Assembly (NCBI RefSeq): GCF_964213995.1
Contig: NC_135818.1
Span: 53,258,001-53,322,000 of the forward strand
DNA length: 64,000 nt
Source: Mustelus asterias
Lineage: Eukaryota
Reading direction: 5' to 3'
Under the pieces are notes generated by a model. That model was not told the origin of the DNA. It made no database searches and saw only the letters and a program-made list of their open reading frames with translations. Below, in pieces: positions 37,100 to 48,600 of the stretch. A program made the position numbers and the translations under genes. How positions within the stretch are numbered: the first letter of the stretch is position 1; every line of letters starts with the position of its first letter.

Positions 37100-39401
37100 C
37101 TGTTTTAAAAAGAAATCAACGTGTGAGCAATAGCATTGTCAATGGTACAGACTACTATTTTTTGGGGAATTGTACCATATTCATTTTAAAACAAATTGCC
37201 CGCTAAGTCAAGTAATGCTAATTTAAAAATGTAAATACTTACATCCTACCTTTACAAAAAAATGAACAGGAACATTTTCATATCAAAGCATGACATTTCA
37301 GCATAAAGGAAAAATCTTTCTGCAGAATTTATATTTTGCAATGTTATCAGTAGGCGTATTCATTGTATTGGCATTGACATGTATTAATAAAAATCACTTA
37401 AGTTGCTCATACTACAGGTAACACCTGAGATCGACTGTAACCCAAGAACTTTATCTTCATGTTCTGCGACTCAAATTGTTTTCTCTGGTCACAATGCAGA
37501 TTTGGAAAGGCTCTGCTGCCAGGTTTTTTTTCACAATTCATGTTTAAAGTTAAATTATTAGTGTCACAAGTAGGCTTACATTAACACTGCAGTGAAGTTA
37601 CTGTGAAAATCCCCTAGTCACCATACTCCGGCGTCTGTTCGGGTACATTGGAGGAGAATTTAGCATGGCCAACGCACCTAACCAGCATGTCTTTCGGACT
37701 GTGGGAGGAAACACGAGCACCTGGAGGAAACCCATGCAGACATGGGGAGAATGTGCAGATTCCCCACAGATAATGGCCCAAGACAGGAATCGAACACGAG
37801 TCCCTCGTGCTGTGAGGCAGCAGTGCTAACCACTCTGCTACTATGCCACCCACTGTGCATTGTACAAAAATTTCACATGTCACTGCTTCACTAAGATCCA
37901 ACTGCACGTACATGACCTGTTGACACCACCTGCAATTTGTGTTTGAGGCAAATAATGTTTTTCGACGCAGGATAAAACTTGTATTTGCAGCCAACACGCA
38001 ACTTTTTAGCTTAATTCAAATATTTGAACCAAACATTCTTGAAAAGCAGGATTTCGTCATTCCGTCAGTGGCGGATAATGTTACAGTGATCAAAGTCAAC
38101 GGTCTTTTAATGAGAGGATAGAGAGTTGAAAGCTCAGTTCAGGGTTTAATAGGGTTCTGAGGTTGTAAGTAGTCTGGACAATCGAAGACAGTGGTCAAAA
38201 AGGGGGTGCAGGTGGGGAATTTATGTTGGAGGACCAAAAGCACTTCTCACTGCTTAATGGAGGAAAATGCAGCTCACCCAGGACGGTACATTGGACACAG
38301 TCTGACAGCACTAGAGGCAGTGGAGGGATGAAGAAAGAGATATTCAATGTTCTCAGTGTATATGTGAAATGGACTGTTACACATGGAATATATACAGGCC
38401 TGGTTAACAAGAATATTAAGGGCATAGGTGCTGACTGCTGTGAACATGACATAAATATAGCCTGGTTACCAATCACTGACACATTATCAGTTTGTCTGAT
38501 ATGATAGGCCTGGAGACCAAGAACATTACACACACAGACTGGTAACTAGGGATAGTGGACAATATGTCAGATTATCAGAGACTTAGGGTGGTTGCAAGAG
38601 CTATCACCCAAATAGATTAGCAACTACAAACACATTGGTAATTGAAGATCTAATAGGCAGGCAGCACATTCCAAACCCATGACCACTACCATGTAAGGAA
38701 GACAAGGGAAGCAGTTATTTGGGAACACCATCAGCTGCAGGTTTCCTTCCAAGTCACTCATCGTCCTAACCTGGAAATATGGTGCTATTTTTTCACAGTT
38801 GCTGGGGCAAAATCCTGGAACTCCCTTCCTAACAGCATCGTGGGTGTGCCTACACCTTAGAAACTGCAGCTGTTCAAGAAGACAACTCACTACCTGCTTC
38901 TTAAGGACAACTAGAGATGGGCAATAAATGCTGGCCTAACCAACGATGCCAAAACATGCTGTAAAATTAATTTAAAAGGTGAACACATATCTAACAGTGG
39001 AACTGGTTACTGAGACCAGATCCCAGGGGTTGAATTTTCATCAGAATCTGAAATTCCACTTGCCCAATCATAACAACTGTAAGTGTCATTCATGCAAGCC
39101 AAGTTCCAAAAAAGGGAATCTTGACAAGCAATCACAACTGTTTTCTCTTGGTATTTTACCACAACAAAATACATGTACTGAAGTCAGGAGCCACAAATTC
39201 CAGTAACACTGCTTAAATTTTTAAATATTAAAAACCATTTATTAACAAAAGAAAACTTAAACATACAAGGTTACATTTACACAATTAAAATTAGTCTTAC
39301 AGAACATTGCCCCAAAAAATTCTTACTGGTTCGAACCACAAATAAACATCCGTTAGGCAACAGTACTTATGGAAACTAAATCTATAAAATTCCAGGAATA
39401 T

Positions 39402-39733
39402 TAGAATCATAGAAACCCTACAGTGCAGAAGGAGGCCATTCGGCCCATCGAGTCTGCACCGACTACAATCCCACCCAGGCCCTACCCCCACATATTTACC
39501 CACTAATCCCTCTAACCTACGCATCCCAGGACTCTAAGGGGCAATTTTTAACCTGGCCAATCAACCTAACCCACACATCTTTGGACTGTGGGAGGAAACC
39601 GGAGCACCCGGAGGAAACCCACGCAGACACGAGGAGAATGTGCAAACTCCACACAGTGACCCGAGCCGGGAATCGAACCCGGGACCCTGGAGCTGTGAAG
39701 CAGCAGTGCTAACCACTGTGCTACCGTGCCGCC
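39402..39733 (-). mobile_element. V-SINE (HE1-like), young CpG-retaining copy
   Basis: Full length; near-identical to 51035-51389. Confidence 0.9.
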
Positions 39734-40763
39734 ACAAGGCTGATATGGAAATCGAAGACTTTAAAACAACTTTGTTGGGCGTTGAATTCTCCCACAAATA
39801 CGTTATCAGTGCCAAATTATTTCAATTACAAGACATGTTGATTCACTGTGTACCTGGTACCATATGTGCATGGCACAATCTTTCAAATTGCTCAAATTCT
39901 TCAAAATCAACTTCAGGAGTTCCAAAAATTCCTCTTTTTTTTAAGCCCTTAATGTGTCAAAGGAAATGTAAAAGAAAATTCCATCCCAACCACACCGCCA
40001 TCTTTCTAAATAAGACATACACATGCTCAGCTGCATGCAACCATTATTGAACAGACTTTACTTATACTTCCCCTACAGAAATACAACAAAATGCTCAGTT
40101 TTTGCAAAATACTACAATAAATCTAACAGGCATTTAAAGGATTATGTTTTTTGCCTCGGGTATTTTTATCCATAATAGTGTGTTCACATTCAGAGTTTTC
40201 TTAGGTTGTTGGAGGTTTAACGTTTTTCCAATGATTTTGAAATAATCTTTATTATTGGAGGGTTCCTGAGGAATGTACATCAGTTATACTGGGTGAGTGG
40301 CTATAGAGAATGCATTGGGGTAGAGGTGCCAAGTGATGGCATGGGTGATCAGAGGGGGCATGGGTTAGTATGAGCATGGATGGGGGTTGAAGATTAGGGG
40401 GTCTTTAAACTGTTAGGAGCTTGGCTGCTGTATTGGTGAAACAAGGTTGACCTCTAACCAGCCAACCTCTGCACCCATTCCTCAACCTGAGCCCTGTGTG
40501 AAAAGAGAAATATGGGTCAGCTGTACAGGTTGCAAAGGGAGTAAGGGCACAGGTCGGTTATTCCCTGCCCAAGGCCTCAGGAATGACAGAGATGGAAACT
40601 CTGGAGGGCCAATGACCCAACATAATCGTTACTCCAATCTCTCTCACACCCAGACTGAGGCCTGGTCACAGTAGGTAACCTGGGTTTCCATGAGGGGATA
40701 CAGAGGCTGCTTGAGGATGTGGGCAAGGCCCAACTCCGCCAGGCTGGCCGCTGTTAAACTGAC

Positions 40764-40792
40764 CTGGTGGCCGCAAACCAGACCAAATCCAT
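40764..40792 (-). CDS. ABHD12B: Probable ABHD12-family coding exon 1 (MDLVWFAATR)
   Basis: ATG GAT TTG GTC TGG TTT GCG GCC ACC AG|gtcagt. Phase 2 matches exon 2. Lies about 100 bp downstream of a GC-box array in a CpG-rich patch. Confidence 0.7.
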
Positions 40793-40859
40793 CAACTCAG
40801 CCCCAGGGAGGAGGCAGCAGGAAAAACTGCAGCTTCAAACTCGAAGCAGAAACCTCAGC

Positions 40860-41162
40860 AACCGCGGCTCCGCCGCCTGCTCGCTAGACCCCGCCCACAA
40901 AGCTCAGGCCCCGCCCCTGACGCCCAGACCCCGCCCACCTGGTTCAAGCCCCGCCCCCGAATATAGACACCGCTCACCGAGTCCAATCTCCCGGCCCCTC
41001 TGGTGGCCCCTCTGCTGGAGCCACGTCCCCGCCCCCCTCCCCGGAGCCCAAACCCCGCCCCCGGAGTTACATCCCCGCCCCTCGGAGCCCAAACCCCGCC
41101 CCCGGAGCCCAGACCCCGCCCCGGGAACCCAGACCCCGCCCCCGGAGCCCAGACCCCGCCTC
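40860..41162 (-). promoter_or_regulatory. CpG-rich promoter with 11 GC boxes (GGCGGGG on the minus strand) in a ~20-bp tandem repeat
   Basis: CCCCGCC at 40889, 40909, 40929, 40949, 41027, 41053, 41073, 41094, 41114, 41134 and 41154. Confidence 0.7.
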
Positions 41163-42149
41163 GTGCTAATTTACCTCACAGCTCCACATTGGGCCTGGTA
41201 AACCCTGGACCACAAACCCTTCCTTTGGTCTGGGGACTTCCAGAATGTTTCTCAGTGAAGCTGCTGCTGTTTATTGTATTTGTCCCTGAGATGTGAGTGT
41301 TTCTGACTAGGCCAGCATTTATTTTCCATTCCCTTTTCACTGAATACTAATACATGTGACAATAAAAAATCAAATCAAAACCCTTTCAGCGGCTGGTGCT
41401 GAGCTGCGATTTTCAGTCATTACAGTCTCTGTGCTGTAGGTACACACACTATGCTGTTAGAGAAATCTATAATCTTGAGACAAAAATCAGTTTCAAGTCA
41501 GGACGATGTGTAGCTTGAAACACGCCGGTGGTGGTGTTCCTCTATCCTGGGTGTGGACGATGCTACTTGAGGAGCCTTGCTGAGCTGCTGCAATTCTCAC
41601 TGTAGATGATGCACACTGTAGATAATGCACACTGTGCATACGTGGTGAAAGGACTGAATAACTAAAGTGGTGGATGGGGTGTCAAATCAATCAGGCTACT
41701 TTGTCCTAGATGATGTTGAGCTTCTTGAGTGCTGTGAAGAGCAAGTGAAGAGCATTCCATCTCACTTCTGAATTATGCCTACTGGATGGCAGGCAGGATT
41801 TGGGAGTCAAGGGGTGAGTTACTATCTGCAGAATTCCCATCCTCTGACCTGCTCTTGTAGCTATAGAATTTGTAAAGTCGGTCCAGTTCAGTTTCTGGTT
41901 AATGTTAATGCCCGGGATGTTGTGGCAGGGGATTCAGTGATGCAAATGCCATTGAATGTGAAGGGAAGACATTTAGATTCCCTCTTGTTGGAGATGGACA
42001 TTGACTGGCTTTTGTGTGGTAAATGTATCTTTTTCTGGATCAGGAACTCAAGAGATCGAATGCTACAGGCTTGAAGTCAGTGCAAAGCAGATCTTTTCAG
42101 AGTGGGCAGGGCTGCAGTCTTACTTAAATTACAGAATCGCAGAATTGTT

Positions 42150-45100
42150 ACACTGCAGAAAGCGACCATTCAGCCCATTGTGTCTGCACTAACTCTCTGA
42201 ATGAATATTTCACCTAGTGCCATTCTCCTGCCTTGTCACCGTAACCCTGCACATTGTTTCTTTTCAAATAATCATTTAATTCCTTCTTGAATGCCTCGAT
42301 TGAACTTTCCTCCACCACACTCTCGGGCAGTGCATTCTAGAGCTTAACCTTTCACTGTGTGAAAAAGTTTTAGCTCATATCACTTTTGCTTCTTTTACCA
42401 ATTACCTTAATTCTGTGGTTCTCAATTCTCATGCCAGTGGGAAAGGTTTCTCACTCTCTACTCTGTCCAGGTTCTCATGATTTTGAATACTTCTATCCAA
42501 TCTCCTCTCCGGCTTCTTTTCTCTGCGGAAAAAAGTCCCAACTTCTCTAATTTATCTTCATAACTGAGGTTTCTCATCCCTGGAATCATTGTCGTCAATT
42601 TCTTCTGAACTCTCTCCAATGCCTTCACACCCTTCCTAAGATGTGGCACCCAGAACTGTGCGCAGCACTGCAGCTCACTAGTGTAAGGTAGTGTAGGGTA
42701 AATCATGATTGACTAATTTGATGGAACTCTTTGAAGATGTAACAAGCAAGGTGGATAATGGTGATCCTGTAGATGTAGTATATCTGGACTTCAGAAGACA
42801 TTTGATAAGGTGCTACACAAAAGATTAATGCACAAGGTTAGTTCACATGGGGTTAGGAGTAATTCATTAGCTTGGAGATAAATGGGTCTTTTTGGGTTGG
42901 CAAACCATAACTAGTGGGGTGCCACAGGGCTCGGTCCTCGGGCCCCAACTATTTACAATTCATATTAATGACTTGGATGCAGGGTTAGTAGGTACCATAG
43001 CCAAATTTGCAGGTGACACTAAAATAGGTGGGATAGTAAGTGAAAGAAGAAATTTACAAATGGATATTACAATTTACAAATGGTTAAGTGAATGGGGCAA
43101 AATTTGGCAATTGGAGTTTAAAGTGGATAAGTGTGAGGTTATCCATTTTGGTCAGAAAAATACGCAAAGGTAAATAATTATCTAAATGGAGAGAAGCTTC
43201 AGAATGCTTTGGTGCAGAGGGTTCTGGGTGTCCTTGTGCACAACTCACAGAAAATGAGTATGCAGGTACAGCAGTAATAAGGAAGGAGAATGGAATATTG
43301 GCATTTATTGCTAAAGGAATAGAACATAAAAGCAGTGAATTTCTGCTGCTATTGTACAAATCATTAATGAAACCGCACTTAGAATGTTGTGTACAGTTTT
43401 GGTCCCCATATTTGAGGAGGGATGTAGTTGCATTGGAGGTGGTTCAGAGGAGATTCACTGAATAGATTCCAGAACTGAGAAGTTTGTGTTATGAAGACAG
43501 ATTGGGCAGTTTAGCCCTATAAGCCCTGGAGTTTCGAAGGATGAGAGGAGATCTAATTGCAGTGTACAAGATGATAAGGGGGGATTGGCAGCGTAGACGT
43601 AGAGAGGATGTTTTCTCTTGTGGGGCAATCTAGAATGAAAGGTCATAGTTTTAGGATAAGGGGTAGCAGATTTAAAACAGAGATAAGGAGAAAGTATTTC
43701 TCTCAAAGGCGTGTGAGTCCGTGGAATTCAGTACCCCAGAGCGTGGTGGATGCCAGCACATTGGATAAATGTAAGGAAGAGGTGGACAGATTTTTAATTA
43801 GTAAGGGTTTCAAGGGCTATGGTGAACAGGCAGGTAATGGATTTGAGGCCAAAATTAGATCAGCCATGATAATATTAAATGGCGGAGCAGGCTCAAGGGG
43901 CTATTACCTACTCCTGCTCCTAGCTCTTATGGTATACTCCTTATGGTAATGTCTTATACAAGCTCAACATAACCCTCTTGCTCTTGTGCTTTATGCCCCT
44001 ATTAATAAAGCAAAGGATACTGTATGCTTTATTAACTACTCTCTAACTGTGTCCTGCTGCATTTAGTGACTTATGCACTCAGAATCAGTATGTTTAAAGT
44101 AGAGATTGACAGATTTCTAAATGATGTGCGGGTTAGGTTGATTGGCCAGGTTAAAAATTGCCCCTTAGAGTCCTGAGATGCGTAGGTTAGACGGATTAGC
44201 AGGTAAATATGTGGGGGTAGGGCCTGGGTGGGATTGTGGTCGATGCAGACTCGATGGGCCGAATGGCCTCCTTCTGCACTGTAGGGTTTCTATGATTTCT
44301 AAATGCCAATTATGTAAAGGGATATGAGATTAGTGTGGGAAAAAGGCATTGAAGTGGATGATTAGATATGGTCATCTTTATTGGCAGAGCTTGCTCAATG
44401 AGCTGAATAGCCTCCTATAATCCCATGTATCTCTGCTCCTGATCCTCTTTAGAATTTTACCCTTTATATTATACCATCTCCCCATGTTCTTCAAAATGTA
44501 TCACCTCATATTACTCCACATTGAACTTCATGTGCCATCTATCTGTCCATTCCACCAACTTGTCTATGTGATGATGCTGTGCCTTTAAGAAATGCATTTG
44601 TGTCATGTTTGTCATGTAGGATTGGTGTTAGCAGTCAGTTTTGTCAGTACCCAGCAGCCCATGTTGTTACTGCAGCAACATAATTGATCTTAATGGCTGG
44701 AATGTTTGTTTTAATCTGGATTAATGCAGGGTTGTTAGATCAGTGTTTTCCCCTGAGGTTTTTCAGAGTGGGGCTTGATTAGGTTGATTGGCAAGTAAGG
44801 TTATGTGACTGGGCAGCGCTAGACTCACAGAGAGAAATCCAGTTCAGTTGCTGTTTGGGATGTGTAAAGAGAGGAAGTAGCTCTCTGTCTGTCTCTTTCT
44901 CTCCCTGGATTTGGAGACCATTGCTACTATCCCTTTTATTCCATGAGCTGTAAGCTTGCTCATAAGTCTGCTGTACAGCATTGTATCAAATGCCTTTTAG
45001 AAGTCTACCTACACCACATTAACAGCATTGCCCTCATCAACCTTCTCTGTAATCTCTTTGAAAACTCCAAAAAGTTAGTTAAACTTAATTTGCCCTCAGG

Positions 45101-45170
45101 AAATCCATGCTGGTTCTCCTTAATTCGCCCACATTTGTCCATGTGACAATTAATTCCGTCCCAGATTACA
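42150..45170. mobile_element. Nested CR1 LINE fragments (plus-strand copy 42700-43930 within minus-strand remnants)
   Basis: GVPQGSVLGPQLF, FWVPHLRK.VKALERVQ and FKTEIRRKYFSQR remnants; V-SINE fragment at 44122-44300. Confidence 0.8.
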
Positions 45171-45395
45171 AAGTGAGAGTGAATTTAGATTAGATTGAAA
45201 TGAGCAGCAAGAGTGAAAATTGGAGGGTTAAATACATTGAGGTACTGCAGCATTATGTTGGCATTAATTTTAATGTAATTATATTTAGAGTAACCTACTC
45301 TAAATATATTATGATGATTGAAGTGAGCATACGCCCATTGCTATTTATTTTGCAGAATCCAGCAACAAGACGTAAATAATATGTATCCTTCAGAG

Positions 45396-45592
45396 TAAAA
45401 GCAAATTACTGCGGATGCTGGAATCTGAAACCAAAAGAGAAAATGCTGGAAAATCTCAGCAGGCCCGGCAGCATCTGTAAGGAGAGAAAAGAGCTGACGT
45501 TTCGAGTCCAGATGACCCTTTGTCAAAGCTTTGACACAGCTGGACTCAAAACATCAGCTCTTTTGTCTCCTTACAGATGCTGCCAGACCTGT
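45396..45592 (-). mobile_element. Short Penelope-type fold-back element carrying a hammerhead ribozyme motif
   Basis: 14-bp TSD TGTATCCTTCAGAG (45382-45395 / 45593-45606); inverted arm 45527-45590; sister copy at 49179-49301. Confidence 0.75.
45492..45530 (-). ncRNA. Minimal type I hammerhead ribozyme motif, U3-A8 variant
   Basis: Minus strand reads AGCU UUGACAA A GGGUC AUCUG GACUC GAAA CG UC AGCU. Confidence 0.65.
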
Positions 45593-45944
45593 TGTATCCT
45601 TCAGAGGTTCAGTACAGAAATAGTACATTTATATATTTAGGGTGTAACTTCACCCACTGCAGGCATACACTTGGAAAGTTACCCCTCAAGTATATTTGAG
45701 GAGGTGTTTCAATTATCACCTTTTTTGTTAATAAATTAAGTTTTTTTTAAAATACAACTATTAATCAGGCTTTGCAAGTTTTCATGGTTTGGTGTGCAAG
45801 TAAATGATTCTTCTGCCTGTTTTTTGAAAGATTAGAACCAAAGGATTCAAAATCAGTGGGCCTTGCACTGTTGTCAGATTTTAAACAATGCAAAACCTCC
45901 AGCTCCCAATCTATTGCACTAAATTTTCATGTCAGGGTCATCAA

Positions 45945-46320
45945 GGGGAGGTAATGGCCTAGTGTATTATCGCTAGACTATTTATCCAGAAACTCAGCTA
46001 ATGTTCTGGGGACATGGGTTTGAATTCCGCCACGGCAGATAATGGAATTTGGATTCAATAAAAATATCTGGAATTAAGAATCTACTGATGACCATGAAAC
46101 CATTGTCGATTGTCGGTTCACTAATGCCCTTTATGGAAGGAAATCTGCTGTCCTTACCTGGTTTGATCCACATGTGACTCCAGAGCCACAGTAATGTGGT
46201 TGATTCTCAATTGCTCTCTGAAATGGTCTAGCAAGCCACTCAGTTCAAGGGCAACTAGGGATGGACAATAAATGTTGGCCAGCCAGTGACGCCCATGTCC
46301 CATGAATGAATCAAACAAAA
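45945..46320 (+). mobile_element. MetaSINE-like tRNA SINE (partial copies at 25085-25310 and 57650-57875)
   Basis: Core resembling GGTTCACTAATGTCCTTTAGGGAAGGAAATCTGC...CCTTACCTGG; 3' tail shared with LINE family 'B'. Confidence 0.7.
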
Positions 46321-47481
46321 TGGTGTGGGATGTACAACCCCCTTCATTTCTGGTATTACTGTGGTATCCACCTCACTGGGAAAGCAGGAATTTTGGAGGG
46401 GCATCTTGCACTAAAGCTGACTAGGATGCTGTCCAAAGATGGGCAGAGATAATCAAATTCTGTACCATTCAAAGTTAACACCAAAGGCAATTGATTATTC
46501 CCAAAGACAATTGACCATAATTTTCAGATATATGCTTACAGCATACATGGTGGTTAGAATGTAGAATTCTTTACCACAAACTATTATTGAAACACAGGAA
46601 TTAGAAATCTGGCAAATGAATCATTTGTGGTCTCCATTACCACCTGAATCTTGGCCTGGCACACAACTTGCTTGTCATGCGCAATTGAGCACAAACTGTT
46701 GGGAAGCATCCATTCCCACCTTGAATGGCATTTGGCAGCATGGAGAAAATTCAGCCTATTTGCATACAGTGCAAGTCCAATAAACTGGCCTGTTTCTGTC
46801 ATGTAACCAAAGATATTAAGGGATGTAAGACAAAGACTATGGAGTTAGGTCACAGATAAGCCACAATCTCATTGAATGGCAGAACAAGCGTGAGACAGAA
46901 ACTCGTTAAGCCATCTTCGACAGCACCTACCCAAACCGCAACCTCTACCACTTAGAAGGCACAGGGTAGCAGATGCATGGGAACACCTCAACCTGCAAGT
47001 TCCCCTCCAAACTACACTCCAGCCTGATTTGGACTATATCGCTTTCCTCCACTGTCGTTGGGTCAAAATCTTGATAGGGGATCTCATAGAAACATATAAA
47101 ATCCTGATGGTACTGGACAGACTAGATGCGGGAAGAATGTTCCCGATGTTGGGGAAGTGCAGAACTAGGGGTCACACTCTAAGAATAAGGGGTAAGCCAT
47201 TCAGGATTGAGATGAGGAAGAGTTACTACCACAGAAAGCTGTTGGGCCAATTCGTTAGATATGTTCAAGAGGGAGCTGGACGTGGCCCTTGTGGCTAAAG
47301 AGATCAAGGGGTATGGAGAGAAAGTGGGAGTGGGATACTGAAAGTGCATGATCAACTATGATCATATTGAATGGTGGTAGAGGCTCGAAGGGCTGAATGG
47401 CCTACTCCTGAACCTATTTTCTATGTTTCTATGTCTATGTTTGAAACACCTTCCCCAGCAGCACTGTGGGTGTACCTTCAT

Positions 47482-48150
47482 AGTAAGAAGTTTAACAACA
47501 CCAGGTTAAAGTCCAACAGGTTTATTTGGTAGCAAAAGCCACACAAGCTTTCGGAGCTGCAAGCCCCTTCTTCAGGTGAGTGAGAATTCTGTTCACAAAC
47601 AGAGCATATAAAGACACAGACTCAATTTACATGAATAATGGTTGGAATGCGAATACTTACAACTAATCAAGTCTTTAAGAAACAAAACAACGTGAGTGGA
47701 GAGAGCATCAAAACAGGCTAAAAAGATGTGTATTGTCTCCAGACAAAACAGCCAGTGAAACTCTGTGGGGGTTACAGATAGTGTGACATGAACCCAATAT
47801 CGCAGTTGAGGCCGTCCTCGTGTGTGCGGAACTTGGCTATCAGTTTCTGCACAGTGACTCTGCGCCGTCGTGTGTCGCGAAGGCCGCCTTGGAGAACGCT
47901 TACCCGAATATCAGAGGCCGAATGCCCGTGACCGCTGAAGTGCTCCCCAACAGGAAGAGAACAGTCTTGCCTGGTGATTGTCGAGCGGTGTTCATTCATC
48001 CGTTGTCGCAGCGTCTGCATAGTTTCCCCAATGTACCATGCCTCGGGACATCCTTTCTTGCAGCGTATCAGGTAGACAACGTTGGCTGAGTTGCAAGAGT
48101 ATGTACCGTGTACCTGGTGGATGGTGTTCTCACGTGAGATGATGGCATCT
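47482..48150 (-). mobile_element. Penelope-like element 3' fragment (GIY-YIG endonuclease C-terminus plus pLTR)
   Basis: ANVVYLIRCKKGCPEAWYIGETMQTLRQRMNEHR...PVGEHF...GLN; 12-bp TSD GTGTACCTTCAT (47470-47481 / 48151-48162). Confidence 0.88.
47540..47582 (-). ncRNA. Minimal hammerhead ribozyme motif in the Penelope-like pLTR
   Basis: CAC CUGAAGA A GGGGC UUGCA GCUCC GAAA GC UU GUG. Confidence 0.7.
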
Positions 48151-48289
48151 GTGTACCTTCATGACATGGACTGTAACAGCTTAAGAAGGGCAATTATGGA
48201 TGGGCAATATGAGCGATATTCACCCATGAACAAAAAAACAAAAAAAGGCCTACTCTTATTCCTATGTTCCTATTCTATACCTGGTCCTC

Positions 48290-48600
48290 AATATTCCAGG
48301 AGGACAATGGAAACACTTTAAACCTCCCTGAAGTAATCAAACATCCCGCCAACTCATGGGAGTCCCTGTCTTACGACCGATGAAAATGGATGTTTATTTG
48401 AGAGACTTTATCGGGAATCCGTGGAGACGAAGTGCAGGTGTCAGAGAGAGCACAAAAATCTTCAAACACTTCATCTGCCAACACCACATGTGGCAGAGTC
48501 TGAAGATCATGCATTGGATTTATCAGCCATCCCAGAACCCATCAAACCAGAGTGGAAGCAAGACACCCTTGATCCTGAGAAACTCCCTAAGAAGAAGAAT
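48290..48600 (+). mobile_element. RTE-type LINE 3' end, degenerate
   Basis: NSWESLSYDR and TCGRV*RSCIGF.SH.RTH-like remnants; (AAG)n tail. Confidence 0.55.

Noticed and set aside
41027-41160. CRISPR-like array or Pro-rich ORFs (40767-41201, 41003-41296)
   Set aside because: It is a head-to-tail minisatellite without unique spacers in vertebrate DNA, and the ORFs are low-complexity translations of it.
41175-41296. Minus-strand donor GAG|gtaaat as ABHD12B coding exon 1
   Set aside because: The frame compatible with exon 2 has an upstream TGA and no ATG, and the nearby ATG is out of phase. At most this is a non-coding exon.
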